Assembly: GCA_965224245.1 (NCBI GenBank)
Contig: OZ245046.1
Coordinates: 5,856,001 to 5,920,000, forward strand
Origin: Candidatus Eiseniibacteriota bacterium
GTDB lineage: Bacteria > Eisenbacteria > RBG-16-71-46 > CAZAMP01
Reading direction: 5' to 3'
Length of the DNA: 64,000 bases
Part shown: positions 62,608-64,000 of the stretch, in pieces
Layout: every line of letters starts with the position of its first letter
How positions within the stretch are numbered: the first letter of the stretch is position 1
Position numbers and translations under genes: made by a program
Notes under the pieces: generated by a model
Told to the model about the DNA's origin: nothing
The model's input: only the letters and a program-made list of their open reading frames with translations
The model's database searches: none

Positions 62608-64000
62608 ATGTCGGAACGACTTCGCAACTTCATCGGGGGCGAGTGGGTCGATTCCAGCGCGGGCAGCGTGCACGCGGTGCGTAATCCCGCCACCGGCCAG
62701 CACCTCGCCGACACACCGCTCGGGGGCGCCGAGGACGTCGACGCCGCGGTGGCCGCCGCGCGGACTGCCTTCGACGCATGGCGGGAAGTGCCGGCCGTCG
62801 TCCGCGCCCGGTATCTCTTCGACCTGAAGTTCCAGCTCGAGAAGCACGCCGAGGAGCTGGCCGCGATCTGCACCCGGGAGAACGGCAAGACGCTTCACGA
62901 GTCCCGCGGCAGCGTGCGCCGCGGCATCGAGTGCGTCGAGGTGGCCGCTGGCGCGCCGTCGCTGTTGATGGGATCGTCGCTGGAGGACGTGGCCGGCGGC
63001 ATCGACTGCGAGGCCGTGCGGCAGCCGATCGGGGTCTTCGCGTGCATCGCGCCGTTCAACTTCCCGGCCATGGTGCCGCTCTGGTTCTATCCGTTCGCGG
63101 TCGCGTGCGGGAACACGTTCGTGTGCAAGCCGTCCGAGCAGGTTCCGCTGAGCCAGCGCTTCATCTTCCAGCTCATCGAGGACGTGGGCTTTCCGCCCGG
63201 GGTCCTCAATCTCGTGAACGGCGGACGCGAGGCGGTCGAGGCGATCGTGGCGCATCCGGACATCGCCGGCGTGTCGTTCGTCGGCTCGAGCCCGGTGGCG
63301 AAGTTCGTATACAAGGCGGCGGCGGAGAGCGGCAAGCGCGTGCAGGCGCTCGGTGGGGCCAAGAACTACATCATCGTGATGCCCGACGCGGAGATGGAGC
63401 CGACCGTGGACGCGATCGTGGAGTCGGCCTACGGCTGTGCGGGCGAGCGCTGCCTGGCGGGCAGCGTCGTGTTGACGGTGGGGGATGCGCACCAGCGCCT
63501 GCGCGACGGCATCCTCCGGCGCCTCGAGGGCTGGACGGTGGGCGACGGCTCGAGGGACGGCGTCGACATGGGGCCCCTCATCTCGGCCACGCACCGCAAT
63601 CGCGTCGAGGCCTACATCAGGAAGGGGACCGACGAGGGCGCGAAGCTCCTTCTCGACGGCCGCGAGCACCCGCAGACCCGGACCGAGGGATATTTCCTCG
63701 GCCCGTCGCTCTTCGACGAGGTCACGCCGGAGATGACGATTGGTCGGGAGGAGATCTTCGGCCCCGTGCTGTGTCTGTCGAACGTGGACTCGCTAGACGA
63801 CGCGCTGGCGGTGGTCAAGCAGCACCCGCTGGCCAACGCCAGCTCGATCTTCACCACGAGCGGCAAGCACGCGCGGGAGTTCAAGTACCGCGTGGACGCG
63901 AGCATGTCGGCGATCAACATCGGCGTCGCGGCGCCGATGTCGTTCTTCTCGTTCGGGGGCGCCAAGGGCTCGTTCTTCGGGGATCTGAAGGCGCACGGGC
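62608..64000 (+). CDS. mmsA: CoA-acylating methylmalonate-semialdehyde dehydrogenase, truncated by the window end; not in the supplied ORF track
   Basis: Manual translation: MSERLRNFIGGEWV, NPATG, PFNFPAMVPLW, KPSEQVP, SFVGS, KRVQALGGAKN, AGERCLA, EEIFGPV, SFFGDLKAHG. Confidence 0.92.
   Translation, partial: MSERLRNFIGGEWVDSSAGSVHAVRNPATGQHLADTPLGGAEDVDAAVAAARTAFDAWREVPAVVRARYLFDLKFQLEKHAEELAAICTRENGKTLHESRGSVRRGIECVEVAAGAPSLLMGSSLEDVAGGIDCEAVRQPIGVFACIAPFNFPAMVPLWFYPFAVACGNTFVCKPSEQVPLSQRFIFQLIEDVGFPPGVLNLVNGGREAVEAIVAHPDIAGVSFVGSSPVAKFVYKAAAESGKRVQALGGAKNYIIVMPDAEMEPTVDAIVESAYGCAGERCLAGSVVLTVGDAHQRLRDGILRRLEGWTVGDGSRDGVDMGPLISATHRNRVEAYIRKGTDEGAKLLLDGREHPQTRTEGYFLGPSLFDEVTPEMTIGREEIFGPVLCLSNVDSLDDALAVVKQHPLANASSIFTTSGKHAREFKYRVDASMSAINIGVAAPMSFFSFGGAKGSFFGDLKAHG

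Overview
High-GC (roughly 70% by eye) bacterial chromosomal window, densely coding, with about 50 genes. No rRNA, tRNA, CRISPR array or mobile element was recognised. Two secreted proteins with FlgD-Ig/T9SS-like C-terminal domains, plus the general gene set, suggest an FCB-group lineage such as Eisenbacteria, Latescibacterota or Krumholzibacteriota (inference). Content in order: secD-secF, a 28-bp tandem repeat and mscL; a DUF4159 / coiled-coil / TPR / GATase-like envelope operon; an LVIVD protein; a Zn-ribbon-HAD-nnr-aldolase-SDR operon; hydrolase, msrB, asparaginase and MBL genes; a TonB-dependent receptor with two orphan lipoproteins; a divergent hemE; a cobalamin riboswitch upstream of a secreted beta-propeller gene; hppA; HD-GYP plus two PilT/PilU ATPases; tricorn protease; an ECF sigma module; alr; a stand-alone Clp-like AAA+ protein; a polyphosphate cluster (ppk1, ppx, sixA, CHAD); moaEDA-mutY; a fahA cluster; mscS, corA, LEA, mgtE; and a truncated mmsA. 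Most notable: (i) a class II aldolase ending in a microcompartment-type encapsulation peptide with no shell genes nearby, (ii) a Clp D2-only protein that has lost its Walker B, pore-loop and sensor-1 motifs but keeps an IGF loop, (iii) a recurring 25-bp YAA-N19-TTR intergenic motif, (iv) a B12-riboswitch-controlled secreted propeller near a TBDR and a non-canonical HemE, and (v) a metal-site-degenerate HD-GYP downstream of two PilT paralogues. All product calls come from motif recognition by eye; no database search was run.
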